NCBI GenBank assembly: GCA_963809535.1 | Contig: CAWEJW010000001.1 | Location: 163,136 to 227,135, forward strand | From: an uncultured Actinomycetes bacterium | Lineage (GTDB): Bacteria; Actinomycetota; Coriobacteriia; Anaerosomatales; CAVRZR01 | Reading direction: 5' to 3' | Length of the DNA stretch: 64,000 nt | Part shown: one piece after another, positions 28,330-37,114 of the stretch | Position numbering within the stretch: the stretch's first letter is position 1 | Layout: each line of letters opens with the position of its first letter | The notes under the pieces: generated by a model | Databases searched by the model: none | Seen by the model: the letters and a program-made list of their open reading frames with translations, nothing else | What the model was told of the DNA's origin: nothing | Position numbers and translations under genes: made by a program

Positions 28330-28611
28330 ATGGACCTTGCACGCCAGGCAGAGGTCGTCGGACGCATCAGGAACGACCTCGAGGGGCTGACCGGCACTCG
28401 CATGCGTCTAAAGGCAAATATGGGTCGCTCGAAGATCGTCGAGCGCGAAGGGGTATTGGAGCAGACGCATCCCAGCTTGTTCGTCGTCAAGGTGGAAGAG
28501 AAGCGCGATCGTACCGCTCGCGTTTCCTACAGCTACGTCGATGTCCTCACCGGCACGGTTGAGCTGACCCACTGCGACAGCGGCGAGAGTCTGCTGCCCT
28601 GGCTGAACTAG
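28330..28611 (+). CDS. veg: Veg-family protein
   Basis: IRNDLEGLTGTRMRLKANMGRSKIVEREGVLEQTHPSLFVV...SYSYVDVLTGTVEL. Confidence 0.9.
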   Translation: MDLARQAEVVGRIRNDLEGLTGTRMRLKANMGRSKIVEREGVLEQTHPSLFVVKVEEKRDRTARVSYSYVDVLTGTVELTHCDSGESLLPWLN

Positions 28612-28636
28612 AGGCCACGCCAAGAGCGCACCAGCG

Positions 28637-28674
28637 GGAGCGTGGGCCGAGGGCCCGCGCTCCTCGCCTTTTCT
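28637..28674 (+). terminator. Rho-independent terminator after veg
   Basis: ggagcgtgggcc-gag-ggcccgcgctcc (12-bp stem including one G.U), followed by tcgccTTTTCT. Confidence 0.7.
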
Positions 28675-28738
28675 GAGATGATTCCCACTGCGTGAAACGA
28701 GGCGGCGTGGTGTATCGCCGCTCGAGCCACGGCGCGGA

Positions 28739-29683
28739 GTGCCGCATGCGAAGGTGCCGGCGAGGCGCGGAGAGGACGGTGCACCGGACGTGGTCGCGAT
28801 CAGCTCCGAGATCCTGGTCGAGGCGCCCGCCAAGGTGAACCTGCACTTAGGTGTCGGATCTCTGCGGCCCGACGGCTATCACGACGTCGAGACCGTATTG
28901 CAGACGATCGACCTCGCCGATCGGCTGACGCTGCGACCGTCGAGAGTGTTCCACCTCTCTTGTCGCCCGGACGTCGGCGTTCTGGCCCGGGACAACCTTG
29001 TATGGCGGGCCGCGACGCTCTTCGCGCAGCGCGTCGGGCGCGAACCGCTGGTCGAGGTGGAGCTGGTCAAGGCGATCCCCACGGGAGCGGGACTGGGCGG
29101 GGGCAGCTCGGATGCAGCCGCCGTCATCGCTGGTTTGGCGGCCTTCTGGGGGGTCGACCAGACAGACGTGCTCTTCGACGTCGCCGCGATCGGCGCCGAC
29201 GTGCCCTTCTTCCTTGGGGGCGGCACGGCGCTCTTCTCGGGGCGCGGCGACGTGTTCACGCGGCCCATCTCCGCGCCGCCGCTGGATCTGGTCGTCGTGA
29301 AGCCATCGGAGTCGGTGAGCACCGCGGCGGCCTACGCTGCGTACGACCGCGCTCCCGTTGCGCCGGTATCACCTGACGTGCTCATCGCGGCCTGCGAGGC
29401 TGGCAATCCCGAGCGCGTTGCCGCGGCTCTGTCGAACAACATGGAGAGAGCGGCGATCAATCTGGTTCCAGAGGTGGCCGAAACGCTAGCATGGGTCCGA
29501 GACGCCCAAGGCGTTCTCGGCGGCAGTGTGGCTGGTAGCGGATCTGCGGTATTCGGAGTCTGCGTCGATCAGTCGACTGCCGAGCAGGTGGCGCGCGAAG
29601 CGCGCCTACGGGGATGGTGGTCGGCTGCGACGGTGAGTCGTGGCGATGGGGTGCGTGTGCTTCACTCGAAGGAGACGCTGTGA
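28739..29683 (+). CDS. ispE: 4-(cytidine 5'-diphospho)-2-C-methyl-D-erythritol kinase
   Basis: APAKVNLHLGV, KAIPTGAGLGGGSSDAAA (GHMP motif). Exact start uncertain. Confidence 0.9.
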   Translation: MPHAKVPARRGEDGAPDVVAISSEILVEAPAKVNLHLGVGSLRPDGYHDVETVLQTIDLADRLTLRPSRVFHLSCRPDVGVLARDNLVWRAATLFAQRVGREPLVEVELVKAIPTGAGLGGGSSDAAAVIAGLAAFWGVDQTDVLFDVAAIGADVPFFLGGGTALFSGRGDVFTRPISAPPLDLVVVKPSESVSTAAAYAAYDRAPVAPVSPDVLIAACEAGNPERVAAALSNNMERAAINLVPEVAETLAWVRDAQGVLGGSVAGSGSAVFGVCVDQSTAEQVAREARLRGWWSAATVSRGDGVRVLHSKETL

Positions 29684-30471
29684 AGGTCGACGCGGTCGTG
29701 CTAGCCGGTGGTGAAGGCACGGTCATCGACCCCTCTGCGCGGTTCAAGGGACTCCTGCCGATCGCCGGCAAGCCCATGGTGGAATGGGTGGTCGATGCGC
29801 TTCGGCAGGCAGAGGACGTCCACGAGATCGCGGTCGTCGTGCCCACGGCCGAGAACCTTGGCGCGTGGGTCGACAAGGTCGACAAGCTCGTCGTCTCGGA
29901 CGGCGACTTCATCGAGAACGTTCTCGCAGGGGTGCGAGCGTTCCGTGTTGAGCGCCCGCTGCTGATCGCCACCGGTGACCTGCCGGCTCTCACGCCCGAA
30001 GCGGTCGACGACTACGTGCGCAGGAGCCTCGACACGGGTGCCGAAGTCACGTACCCGCTCGTGCGCAAATCCGACATGCTCGAACAGTTCCCAGGTTCAG
30101 AGCGCACCTACGTCAAGATCGTCGGCGGGCCCGTGACCGGTGGCAACATCGTGTTGATCTCGCCCGAGGTGGCCGAGCGCAACGCGGAAGTAGGGCAGCG
30201 GCTGTTCGACACTCGTAAGAGCGCTTTGAAGATGGCGCGCGTGCTGAGCGTTTCGTTCGTCGTGCGACTGGTCACGGGGCGCCTGAAGCCGGACGACGTC
30301 GCGAAGCGGTTGAACGAGCTGTTAGGAGCTCGCTGCGCCGCCATCTACACCAGCCATGCGTCGATCGGTGCAGACGTTGACAAACCCATCGATGTTGTTG
30401 TCGCTGAACGCGTGCTCTATGAGCGCATCCGTGGTAGGAATAGAACTAACGGAAACGGTTCGCTTCCGTAG
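29680..30471 (+). CDS. NTP-transferase (MobA-like nucleotidyltransferase) domain protein
   Basis: GTG 29680 overlaps the ispE stop (GTGA). VDAVVLAGGEGT...FKGLLPIAGKPMVEWVVDAL. Substrate not inferable. Confidence 0.7.
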   Translation: MKVDAVVLAGGEGTVIDPSARFKGLLPIAGKPMVEWVVDALRQAEDVHEIAVVVPTAENLGAWVDKVDKLVVSDGDFIENVLAGVRAFRVERPLLIATGDLPALTPEAVDDYVRRSLDTGAEVTYPLVRKSDMLEQFPGSERTYVKIVGGPVTGGNIVLISPEVAERNAEVGQRLFDTRKSALKMARVLSVSFVVRLVTGRLKPDDVAKRLNELLGARCAAIYTSHASIGADVDKPIDVVVAERVLYERIRGRNRTNGNGSLP

Positions 30472-30530
30472 GGGCACGACGACCCATGCCGGCACTCGGT
30501 CGTCGTAATGGCTTACCGAGGGGGGCTCGG

Positions 30531-30833
30531 ATGCAGATCACGAAAGTCACACTGCGCCCTGTGGCCATGAACAAGGTCTGCGCGATCGCGAGCATCGTGA
30601 TCGACGACTGCTTCGTGATCCACGACCTGCGAGTCGTGAACGGTGACAAGGGTCTCTTCGTGGCGATGCCTTCGCGCAAGTTGCCGAGCGGCGATTTCCG
30701 CGATATCTGCCATCCCATCAACACCGACGCGCGCAACATGATCCAACAATCGGTTCTCGACCAGTTCGGCCAGGAGGGAGGCGTCGACGCGTTCACCGCG
30801 GCGGCCGCCGCCCAGCCGGCCTACGAGGTCTGA
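30531..30833 (+). CDS. spoVG: Septation/regulatory protein SpoVG
   Basis: MQITKVTLRPV...KVCAIASIVIDDCFVIHDLRVVNGDKGLFVAMPSRK...DICHPIN. GAGGGGGG RBS. Confidence 0.9.
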   Translation: MQITKVTLRPVAMNKVCAIASIVIDDCFVIHDLRVVNGDKGLFVAMPSRKLPSGDFRDICHPINTDARNMIQQSVLDQFGQEGGVDAFTAAAAAQPAYEV

Positions 30834-30944
30834 GGCTACTGACCTCCCCGGCGACGGTCGCTGGCTGCGGTGACCGAATCTCAGTCGCGCCGGGCCGCTG
30901 ACGAATGTGCGGTCACCACACCCCACCATCCTCACGGGGTCGAG

Positions 30945-30974
30945 TTGACGCTGTTCTGCGGCTCTCCCTACACT
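30945..30974 (+). promoter_or_regulatory. Candidate promoter for tRNA-Gln / glmU
   Basis: TTGACG-18 nt-TACACT, about 57 nt upstream of the tRNA. Confidence 0.4.
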
Positions 30975-31030
30975 GCGACAGGTCTTTCGGGGACGATGCA
31001 CGTAGAAGATGTGTCGTCAGAAGGGCGCTC

Positions 31031-31105
31031 TGGGGCGTAGCCAAGTGGCAAGGCAGGGGACTTTGGATCCTCTATTCGTAGGTTCGAATCCTACCGCCCC
31101 AGCCA
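31031..31105 (+). tRNA. tRNA-Gln (anticodon TTG)
   Basis: Manual cloverleaf: acceptor TGGGGCG/CGCCCCA (U1-A72, as in bacterial tRNA-Gln), D-arm GCC-AAGTGGCAA-GGC, anticodon arm GGGGA-CTTTGGA-TCCTC, T-arm GTAGG-TTCGAAT-CCTAC, encoded CCA. Confidence 0.9.
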
Positions 31106-31167
31106 ACCTACTCTCCCCGTGGCGCGCAGTGTGCGCAGCGTGCGCGGGCACGGGGTAAGGAGGACGT

Positions 31168-32607
31168 ATGAGCGCAACTGCCCTGATCCTTGCCGCCGGC
31201 GAGGGTACCCGCATGAAGTCCGCGACCCCCAAGGTCGCACACCCCATCCTGGGCGAACCGCTCGTACGCTACGTCGTGGACGCAGCTCGTGACGCTGGAT
31301 GCGAGCGCATCGTCGTCATTACGGGTCACAGCGCCGAAGAAGTCGAAGCCCTTCTCGAGGACGTGGAGTGCGTTCGGCAGAGCGACCAGCTCGGAACGGG
31401 GCATGCGGTCATGTGCGCGCGCCACTCGCTTTCCGGCTTCGAGGGATCGCTCTTGGTGTTGTCTGGCGATACGCCGCTCCTGCGGGCCGAGACGCTGGCC
31501 GGACTTGTGGCGATGCGCGAAACGTCGGGCGCCGCACTCACGCTGCTCACGACCCGCCTTCACGATCCTTCGGGGTACGGGCGCATCGTCCGGGACCGTG
31601 ACGGCGCGGTGGAAGCCATCGTCGAGCACAAAGACCTCGCTCCTGAGCAGCACGAACTCACTGAAGTCAACACCGGCACGTATTGCTTCGACGCGGCCGT
31701 TCTCTTCGCTCATCTCGACCGGCTGACGACCCAGAACGCACAGGGCGAGTACTACCTCACCGACATGGTGCAGGTCTTCAACGACGAGGGACTGCTCGTC
31801 ACGGCGCTTCCTGCCGGGGACCCGCTGGAGACGCTCGGCGTGAATTCTCGAGTGCAGCTCGCGGAGGCAGCCGAAGTCCTTCAGGGTCGCATCAACACGG
31901 CGCACATGCTCGGGGGCGTGACCATGACCTCGCCGGGTTTGGTCTGGATCGGGCCGCACGTAACGCTTGGTCGCGACGTCGAGCTGCTTCCGATGGCCTT
32001 CTTGTTCGGCAACACGAGCGTCGCCGACGGCGCCATCATCGGACCGAACTCGCGATTGACAGACTCGGCCGTTGGCGAGGACGCCAGGGTCGACTCCTCG
32101 GTGCTCCTGGAGGCGACGGTCGGGCCGGGGGCCTCCGTGGGCCCGCTCGCGTACCTGCGGCCAGGCGCGGTGCTCGGAGCTGGCGCCAAGGCGGGCATGT
32201 GCGTCGAGATCAAGACGTCTCGCGTGGGCGCAAACTCGAAGGTGCCGCATCTGAGCTACATCGGAGACGCGCTCATCGGGGAGGGCGTCAATGTGGGCGC
32301 GGGAACGATCACGTGCAACTACGACGGAGCCGCAAAACACGCGACCGTCATCGAGGACGGCGCGTTCATCGGCTCTGATACGATGCTCGTGGCGCCCGTC
32401 CGCATCGGGCGTGGTGCCGTGACGGGAGCCGGCAGCGCGATTTCGCGCGACGTGCCGGCTGGCGCTTTGGGGATCGAGCGTGCGGAACAACGGACCGTCG
32501 AAGGATGGGCGGCCAGTCACCGCGTCGCGCGCGCCAGCGACGGCATCGAAGCGAACGCGGGTTCGTCGGGCGCTCGTGATGAAGCAGAAACCAGTGACAC
32601 GGACTGA
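31168..32607 (+). CDS. glmU: Bifunctional UDP-GlcNAc diphosphorylase / GlcN-1-P N-acetyltransferase
   Basis: LILAAGEGTRMKS, LSGDTPLL, C-terminal hexapeptide repeats, NYDGAAKH. Confidence 0.95.
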   Translation: MSATALILAAGEGTRMKSATPKVAHPILGEPLVRYVVDAARDAGCERIVVITGHSAEEVEALLEDVECVRQSDQLGTGHAVMCARHSLSGFEGSLLVLSGDTPLLRAETLAGLVAMRETSGAALTLLTTRLHDPSGYGRIVRDRDGAVEAIVEHKDLAPEQHELTEVNTGTYCFDAAVLFAHLDRLTTQNAQGEYYLTDMVQVFNDEGLLVTALPAGDPLETLGVNSRVQLAEAAEVLQGRINTAHMLGGVTMTSPGLVWIGPHVTLGRDVELLPMAFLFGNTSVADGAIIGPNSRLTDSAVGEDARVDSSVLLEATVGPGASVGPLAYLRPGAVLGAGAKAGMCVEIKTSRVGANSKVPHLSYIGDALIGEGVNVGAGTITCNYDGAAKHATVIEDGAFIGSDTMLVAPVRIGRGAVTGAGSAISRDVPAGALGIERAEQRTVEGWAASHRVARASDGIEANAGSSGARDEAETSDTD

Positions 32608-32638
32608 AGCGACGACGCAAAGGAGCCGGGCGTCTGCC

Positions 32639-33601
32639 ATGTGTGACACAGAAAAGCGCATGAGCGTCTTCAGCGGGACCTCGAACATCGAACTCGCCGA
32701 GGGGGTTGCCCGGCATCTCGGGATCGAACTGGGCAACGTGAAACTCGATGAGTTCGCGAACGGCGAGATCTACGTGCGCTATCTCGAATCGGTCCGTGGC
32801 TGCGACGTGTTCATCCTCCAGTCGATGTCCGCGCCGGTGAACAAGTTGCTCATGGAGATGCTCATCATGATCGACGCGGCCAAGCGCGCCAGCGCCCGCT
32901 CGATCACGGCGGTCATAGCGCATTATGGCTACGCGCGCCAGGACAAGAAGTCTGCGGCCAGGGAGCCGATCACCGCGAAGCTCGTAGCCGATCTTCTGAC
33001 CGTGGCGGGCGTCGATCGCGTCATCGCGATGGACCTGCACCAGGGCCAGATCCAAGGCTTCTTCAACCAGCCCGTGAACCATCTGACCGCGCTACCGATC
33101 CTCGCCGACTACTTCGAGAGTCTGAAGCTCGACGACTCAGTCGTCGTTTCGCCGGATGTGGGACGCGTGAAGGCCGCCAAGAAGCTGTCTGACATGCTCG
33201 GCGCGTCGCTTGCGATCATGCACAAGGGAAGACCGCAGCATAACGTGGCCGAGATCACGCACGTCATCGGCGAGGTCGAAGGCAAGACGTGCATCGTCGC
33301 CGACGACATGATCGACACGGCCGGTTCGGTGACCGAAGGCGCCAAAGCGCTCATGAATGCGGGGGCCAAGGCTGTCTACGTGACGGCCACGCACGGCATC
33401 TTCTCCCCTCCTGCGTACGAGCGCATCGACGCGTCTCCAATCAAGGAAGTCGTTGTCACGAACACCGTGCCCGTTCCCGACGAGCGGCGTCACGGCAAGA
33501 TTCACGTGCTCTCGGTCGCACCCCTGTTCGCGCATGCGATCCAGAACGTGTTCAACGACGACTCGGTGTCTGAACTCTTCGATCCCGACTTCCAACTCTA
33601 G
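32639..33601 (+). CDS. prs: Ribose-phosphate diphosphokinase
   Basis: FSGTSNIELAEGVA, FANGEIYV, HYGYARQDKK, DLHQGQIQGFF, IVADDMIDTAGS. Start is 32639 or 32660. Confidence 0.95.
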   Translation: MCDTEKRMSVFSGTSNIELAEGVARHLGIELGNVKLDEFANGEIYVRYLESVRGCDVFILQSMSAPVNKLLMEMLIMIDAAKRASARSITAVIAHYGYARQDKKSAAREPITAKLVADLLTVAGVDRVIAMDLHQGQIQGFFNQPVNHLTALPILADYFESLKLDDSVVVSPDVGRVKAAKKLSDMLGASLAIMHKGRPQHNVAEITHVIGEVEGKTCIVADDMIDTAGSVTEGAKALMNAGAKAVYVTATHGIFSPPAYERIDASPIKEVVVTNTVPVPDERRHGKIHVLSVAPLFAHAIQNVFNDDSVSELFDPDFQL

Positions 33602-33665
33602 AGAAAGCTGATAGACTGCTCAGGTTGCGGCCGAGGCGTGCCGCCGAAAGGAGACTTCGAGCACC

Positions 33666-34313
33666 ATGACCGAAGCAATCGAGGTAGTTGCGTTTCCCCG
33701 CGACGTGGTCGGCAAGGCGAATCGCCGGCTGGCCTCTGAAGGCCTGATTCCGGCCGTCCTGTACGGTCACGACCGGCCTACCAAGGTCCTCGCCGTCAAC
33801 CGTCACGACTTCGAGCTGCTCATGGGGCACCACGCTGCCGGCTCGACGATCGTCTCCATCGCCGTCGAGGGCGAGAAGCGCCCGGTGAACGCCGTAATCA
33901 AGGAAGTCCAGCACAGCCCGGTCAAGGGCGACATCCTCCACGTTGACTTCCAGGCTATCCGGATGGACGAATTGATCCACGTCACCATGACGATCCACTA
34001 CGTAGGCGACCCGGCAGGCGTCAAGGCGGGCGGCGTGCTCACCGAGAACGTACACGCCATCAACGTGGAAGCGAAGCCGAAGGACCTCGTCGAGGTCGTC
34101 GACGTCGACGTGAGCACGCTCGAGATCGGCGACAGCCTTCACTTGTCTGACGTAGCCCTACCCAGGGGCATGAAGATCCTCGACGACCTCGACGAGATCC
34201 TCTGCTCCGTGCTGCCGCCGGCCGTCGTCGTCGAGGTCGAGGTCGTCCCGACTGAGGAAGAGGGCGAACCCGAGCTCGTCGGCGAGAAGCCCGAAGGGGC
34301 CGAAGAGGCCTAG
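33666..34313 (+). CDS. rplY: 50S ribosomal protein L25 / general stress protein Ctc
   Basis: GKANRRLASEGLIPAVLYG...IKEVQHSPVKGDILHVDF. Long form with acidic tail. Confidence 0.9.
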   Translation: MTEAIEVVAFPRDVVGKANRRLASEGLIPAVLYGHDRPTKVLAVNRHDFELLMGHHAAGSTIVSIAVEGEKRPVNAVIKEVQHSPVKGDILHVDFQAIRMDELIHVTMTIHYVGDPAGVKAGGVLTENVHAINVEAKPKDLVEVVDVDVSTLEIGDSLHLSDVALPRGMKILDDLDEILCSVLPPAVVVEVEVVPTEEEGEPELVGEKPEGAEEA

Positions 34314-34321
34314 AGCCGCTC

Positions 34322-34888
34322 ATGACGATGATGATCGTGGGGCTCGGCAACCCGGGTCCTGAATACGAGCGCACCCGCCACAACGCCGGCTTCATGACCG
34401 TCGACCTCTTGGGCGAGAACCTTCGTGCCGCCTACTGGAAGGACGAGGGTGGCGCGAAGACTGCCGTGGTGCGGTTCGGCGAGGACGAGCTCGTCTTGGC
34501 AAAGCCGCAAACGTTCGTCAATCTCTCGGGTGCCGCCGTGAAGAACCTCCTGCAGGCGTACGAGGTTACCCTGTCCGCGCTTGTTGTCGTGCACGACGAC
34601 ATCGACCTGCCGGCCGGCGTGGTCAGGGTGAAGCGCGGCGGCGGCCACGGCGGTCACAACGGGCTCAGGTCCATCAATGAGTCGCTGGGCTCGGGCGAGT
34701 ATGTGCGCGTGAGGATAGGAGTCGGTCGACCTCCGGGGCGAATGGATCCGGCCGACTACGTGCTCCAGCCGATGCGCGGGGAGGTGCTGGAGGACTTCGA
34801 AGCCATCATCCCGGCGGCGGCCCAAGCCACCACGCATGTGCTCGAGCACGGCGTCGAGCACGCGATGCAGGAGTACAACCAGGACTAG
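34322..34888 (+). CDS. pth: Peptidyl-tRNA hydrolase
   Basis: IVGLGNPGPEYERTRHNAGF, VVHDDIDLP, GGHGGHNGLRS. Confidence 0.95.
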   Translation: MTMMIVGLGNPGPEYERTRHNAGFMTVDLLGENLRAAYWKDEGGAKTAVVRFGEDELVLAKPQTFVNLSGAAVKNLLQAYEVTLSALVVVHDDIDLPAGVVRVKRGGGHGGHNGLRSINESLGSGEYVRVRIGVGRPPGRMDPADYVLQPMRGEVLEDFEAIIPAAAQATTHVLEHGVEHAMQEYNQD

Positions 34889-35172
34889 CTTCGGCAGGCG
34901 CGCCGACGTCGACCGTACGTCGCTCGATAGTCCCCGAACCGAAGAACCGCGGCCCCGTCCGACTCGCGAACCAGGCCGCTCAGCGGAACGCGACAGAAAC
35001 CTGTTGCGCTTTCGCTCGAATGGGGCAGAATAACTCTTGCGAGGCTTTCGAGAGTCCGGATGGGCAGAACCGCAAGGGGATGTTCGTTCGGAGGACCGGA
35101 GGCCTCGCGCTTTTGCGTGTCGTTCGTCTGGAGTCGCGTCAGGACCGCGCTTCGAGCCGGAGGCGCCAGCCC

Positions 35173-36402
35173 CTATTGCACGTATCTCATCGGATTGGTC
35201 GGCTGACCGTTGATGCGCACCTCAAAATGCAGGTGCGGGCCTGTCGAGAACCCAGTGCTGCCGACGGTGCCGATGCGCTGGCCCTTGCGGACGCTCTGTC
35301 CGCTATGGACCCTGATCCCACCCGACGGCTGATGGGCGTAGAGCGTCACGATGCCGTTGCCATGGTCGATCATGACGGTGTTGCCATAGCCGCCGCGGTA
35401 GCCCGCGTAGATGACGGTGCCGTCGCCGGCTGCTGCGATAGCCGCCCCGTAGATGGGCTCACCGCCGTTCTTGCCGATGTCGATGCCGGTGTGGAGCTTC
35501 CGCGTGTGGAAGATCGGATGCACGCGGTAGCCGTAGGGCGACGTGATCCTGTAGAAGCCGGGGACCGGCCAACCCATGACGCCGTGGTAGGTCCCGCTGC
35601 CGTGTGAAGCCCCTGCGAGCTCGGCGGCGATCCTCGCAGATTCGCGCTCTTCCTCCTCGGCGATCGCTTTGAGCTTCGCAGCGTTGGCCTTGGTCTCCGA
35701 CAGCAGGTCCGCCTTGTCGTTGAAGACAGCCTGCTGCGCGTTCACGCGGTTCTGTCGACGGTCGCGCAACTTCCGCAGGTCCGTCTCGGCCTGCTCGGCC
35801 TCAGCCCGCTTCAGCTGGACTGTTTCGAGGGTGCGGTCGAGCTGAACCTTGGCCTTCTCCAGGTCGCCCTTGGTGCGCAGCAGACTCTCGGCGAGACTCT
35901 GGTTCGACTGGATGACACGCCGCACGAGTTCCGTCCGCGCGATGAAGTCGCCGATGTTGCGCGAGCCGAGGAGGATGTCCAAGTAGTAGAGGTCGCCCTG
36001 CTTGTAGGTGACCTCGATGCGTTCGTCGAGAAGGGATTGCTCGCGACCGAGTTCGGCGCTGGTGCGCTCGATCTCGCCCGACTTCTCGGTGACTTTCACG
36101 CGCAGCTGCGCGACCTCGGTGCGCAGCTGCTTGGTTCGGGTAGTGGCATCGCCGATCAGAGGGTCAAGCTGCTCGACCTCGAGCTTGAGCGAGTCGATCT
36201 TGCTGTCGAGTGCGGCCGTCTCCTTGGCGAGCTGGCCGGCCAGCGCCTCGGCCCTCGCCGCTGCCGCGCGTGCGATGGCGGCCTTCTCGCGCGTGGCCTC
36301 GAGGTCCGACTGCGTGACGGCGAACGCGGGAAGCGCGAGCGATGCGGAGAAGACGGCCGCGATGAGAACGGCCAGATATGCGCGACTGCGATGTAGGGCC
36401 AC
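35173..36402 (-). CDS. M23-family peptidoglycan metalloendopeptidase with N-terminal coiled coil (EnvC/PcsB-like architecture)
   Basis: C-terminus HTGIDIG...GNTVMIDHGNG...HLHFEVRINGQPTNP. About 250 aa of heptad-like Ala/Glu/Lys/Leu-rich sequence. The 677-aa ORF is trimmed to GTG 36402 (GGAGGA RBS, then signal peptide AYLAVLIAAVFSASLALPAFA). The remaining 5' part is Arg-rich and antisense to the 36568 gene. Confidence 0.85.
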   Translation of the reverse strand: MALHRSRAYLAVLIAAVFSASLALPAFAVTQSDLEATREKAAIARAAAARAEALAGQLAKETAALDSKIDSLKLEVEQLDPLIGDATTRTKQLRTEVAQLRVKVTEKSGEIERTSAELGREQSLLDERIEVTYKQGDLYYLDILLGSRNIGDFIARTELVRRVIQSNQSLAESLLRTKGDLEKAKVQLDRTLETVQLKRAEAEQAETDLRKLRDRRQNRVNAQQAVFNDKADLLSETKANAAKLKAIAEEEERESARIAAELAGASHGSGTYHGVMGWPVPGFYRITSPYGYRVHPIFHTRKLHTGIDIGKNGGEPIYGAAIAAAGDGTVIYAGYRGGYGNTVMIDHGNGIVTLYAHQPSGGIRVHSGQSVRKGQRIGTVGSTGFSTGPHLHFEVRINGQPTNPMRYVQ

Positions 36403-36567
36403 GAATCCTCCGCGGGCTTGCCTGGTTGCGAGCCGTCTGGAAGGCGCATCAACCCATATAGGATACCAGCGCCTTCTGGGTACACTCAATGTCGGCAGAT
36501 GAACGCAGCGCTCTGCAGTCTTGCTGGTGTTCGACGTTGCACCACTTCGACCGAGGAGGTCACCACG

Positions 36568-37092
36568 ATGTCTGACGATATGCCCACTCCGAACGAGGGC
36601 GTTCCGCCCGCCGACGAGAGCCCCGCTCCCGCCGTCCCGACGCCCCCCGAGGTTCCCGAGGCGCCTCCCGCGGCTGCACCGACCCCGACGTACGCGCCGC
36701 CTCCACCTGCGCCGCCGTACACGCCTCCATCCCCGCCACCCCCACCGTACGCACCTCCGGTCGAGGTGATGCCAACACGCCCCGGGCCCGCGAGCGACTC
36801 CAGCAAGCTCATGGCGGCGCTCGGCTACCTCTTCCCGATCATCGCGATCATCGTGCTGTTCGTTGAGCCGTACAAAGACGAGAAGTTCGTGAAGTTCCAC
36901 GCGATCCAGGCGCTCGTGGTTGGGGTGCTCTACATCGTGGCAGGCGCCATCGTGTGGATACCGGTCATCGGGTGGCTTCTCTGGGTAGTGCCGCTCGTCC
37001 TGGCGATCATGGGGCTCGTCAAGGCATTCCAAGGCGAGTACTGGGAGATGCCGATCGTCTTCCCGTTCATCAAGAGCTTCGTGGGCGAGTAG
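36568..37092 (+). CDS. DUF4870-like membrane protein with Pro-rich N-terminus
   Basis: GAGGAGG RBS. MSDDMPTPNEGVPPADESPAPAVPTPPEVPEAPP..., then KLMAALGYLFPIIAIIVLFVEPYKDEKFVKFHAIQAL. Confidence 0.7.
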   Translation: MSDDMPTPNEGVPPADESPAPAVPTPPEVPEAPPAAAPTPTYAPPPPAPPYTPPSPPPPPYAPPVEVMPTRPGPASDSSKLMAALGYLFPIIAIIVLFVEPYKDEKFVKFHAIQALVVGVLYIVAGAIVWIPVIGWLLWVVPLVLAIMGLVKAFQGEYWEMPIVFPFIKSFVGE

Positions 37093-37114
37093 GACGCTCG
37101 AAGAGGAGGCGCGA

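Noticed and set aside
31108-32736. 542-aa minus-strand ORF across glmU. Similar long antisense ORFs at 3162-3953, 4454-5650, 14021-14899, 15541-16230, 19515-20603, 40594-41655, 48205-49386, 51816-52496 and 62585-61632.
   Set aside because: Each lies opposite a gene with unmistakable conserved motifs and has Arg/Pro/Gly/His-rich low-complexity translations. These are expected open antisense frames in GC-rich DNA.
35039-35115. SRP (4.5S) RNA
   Set aside because: The gagtccggatggg stretch resembles GGUCCGGAAGGAAGCAGC only superficially. The tetraloop would be GGAU (not GNRA) and the conserved AGCA symmetric-loop motif is absent.
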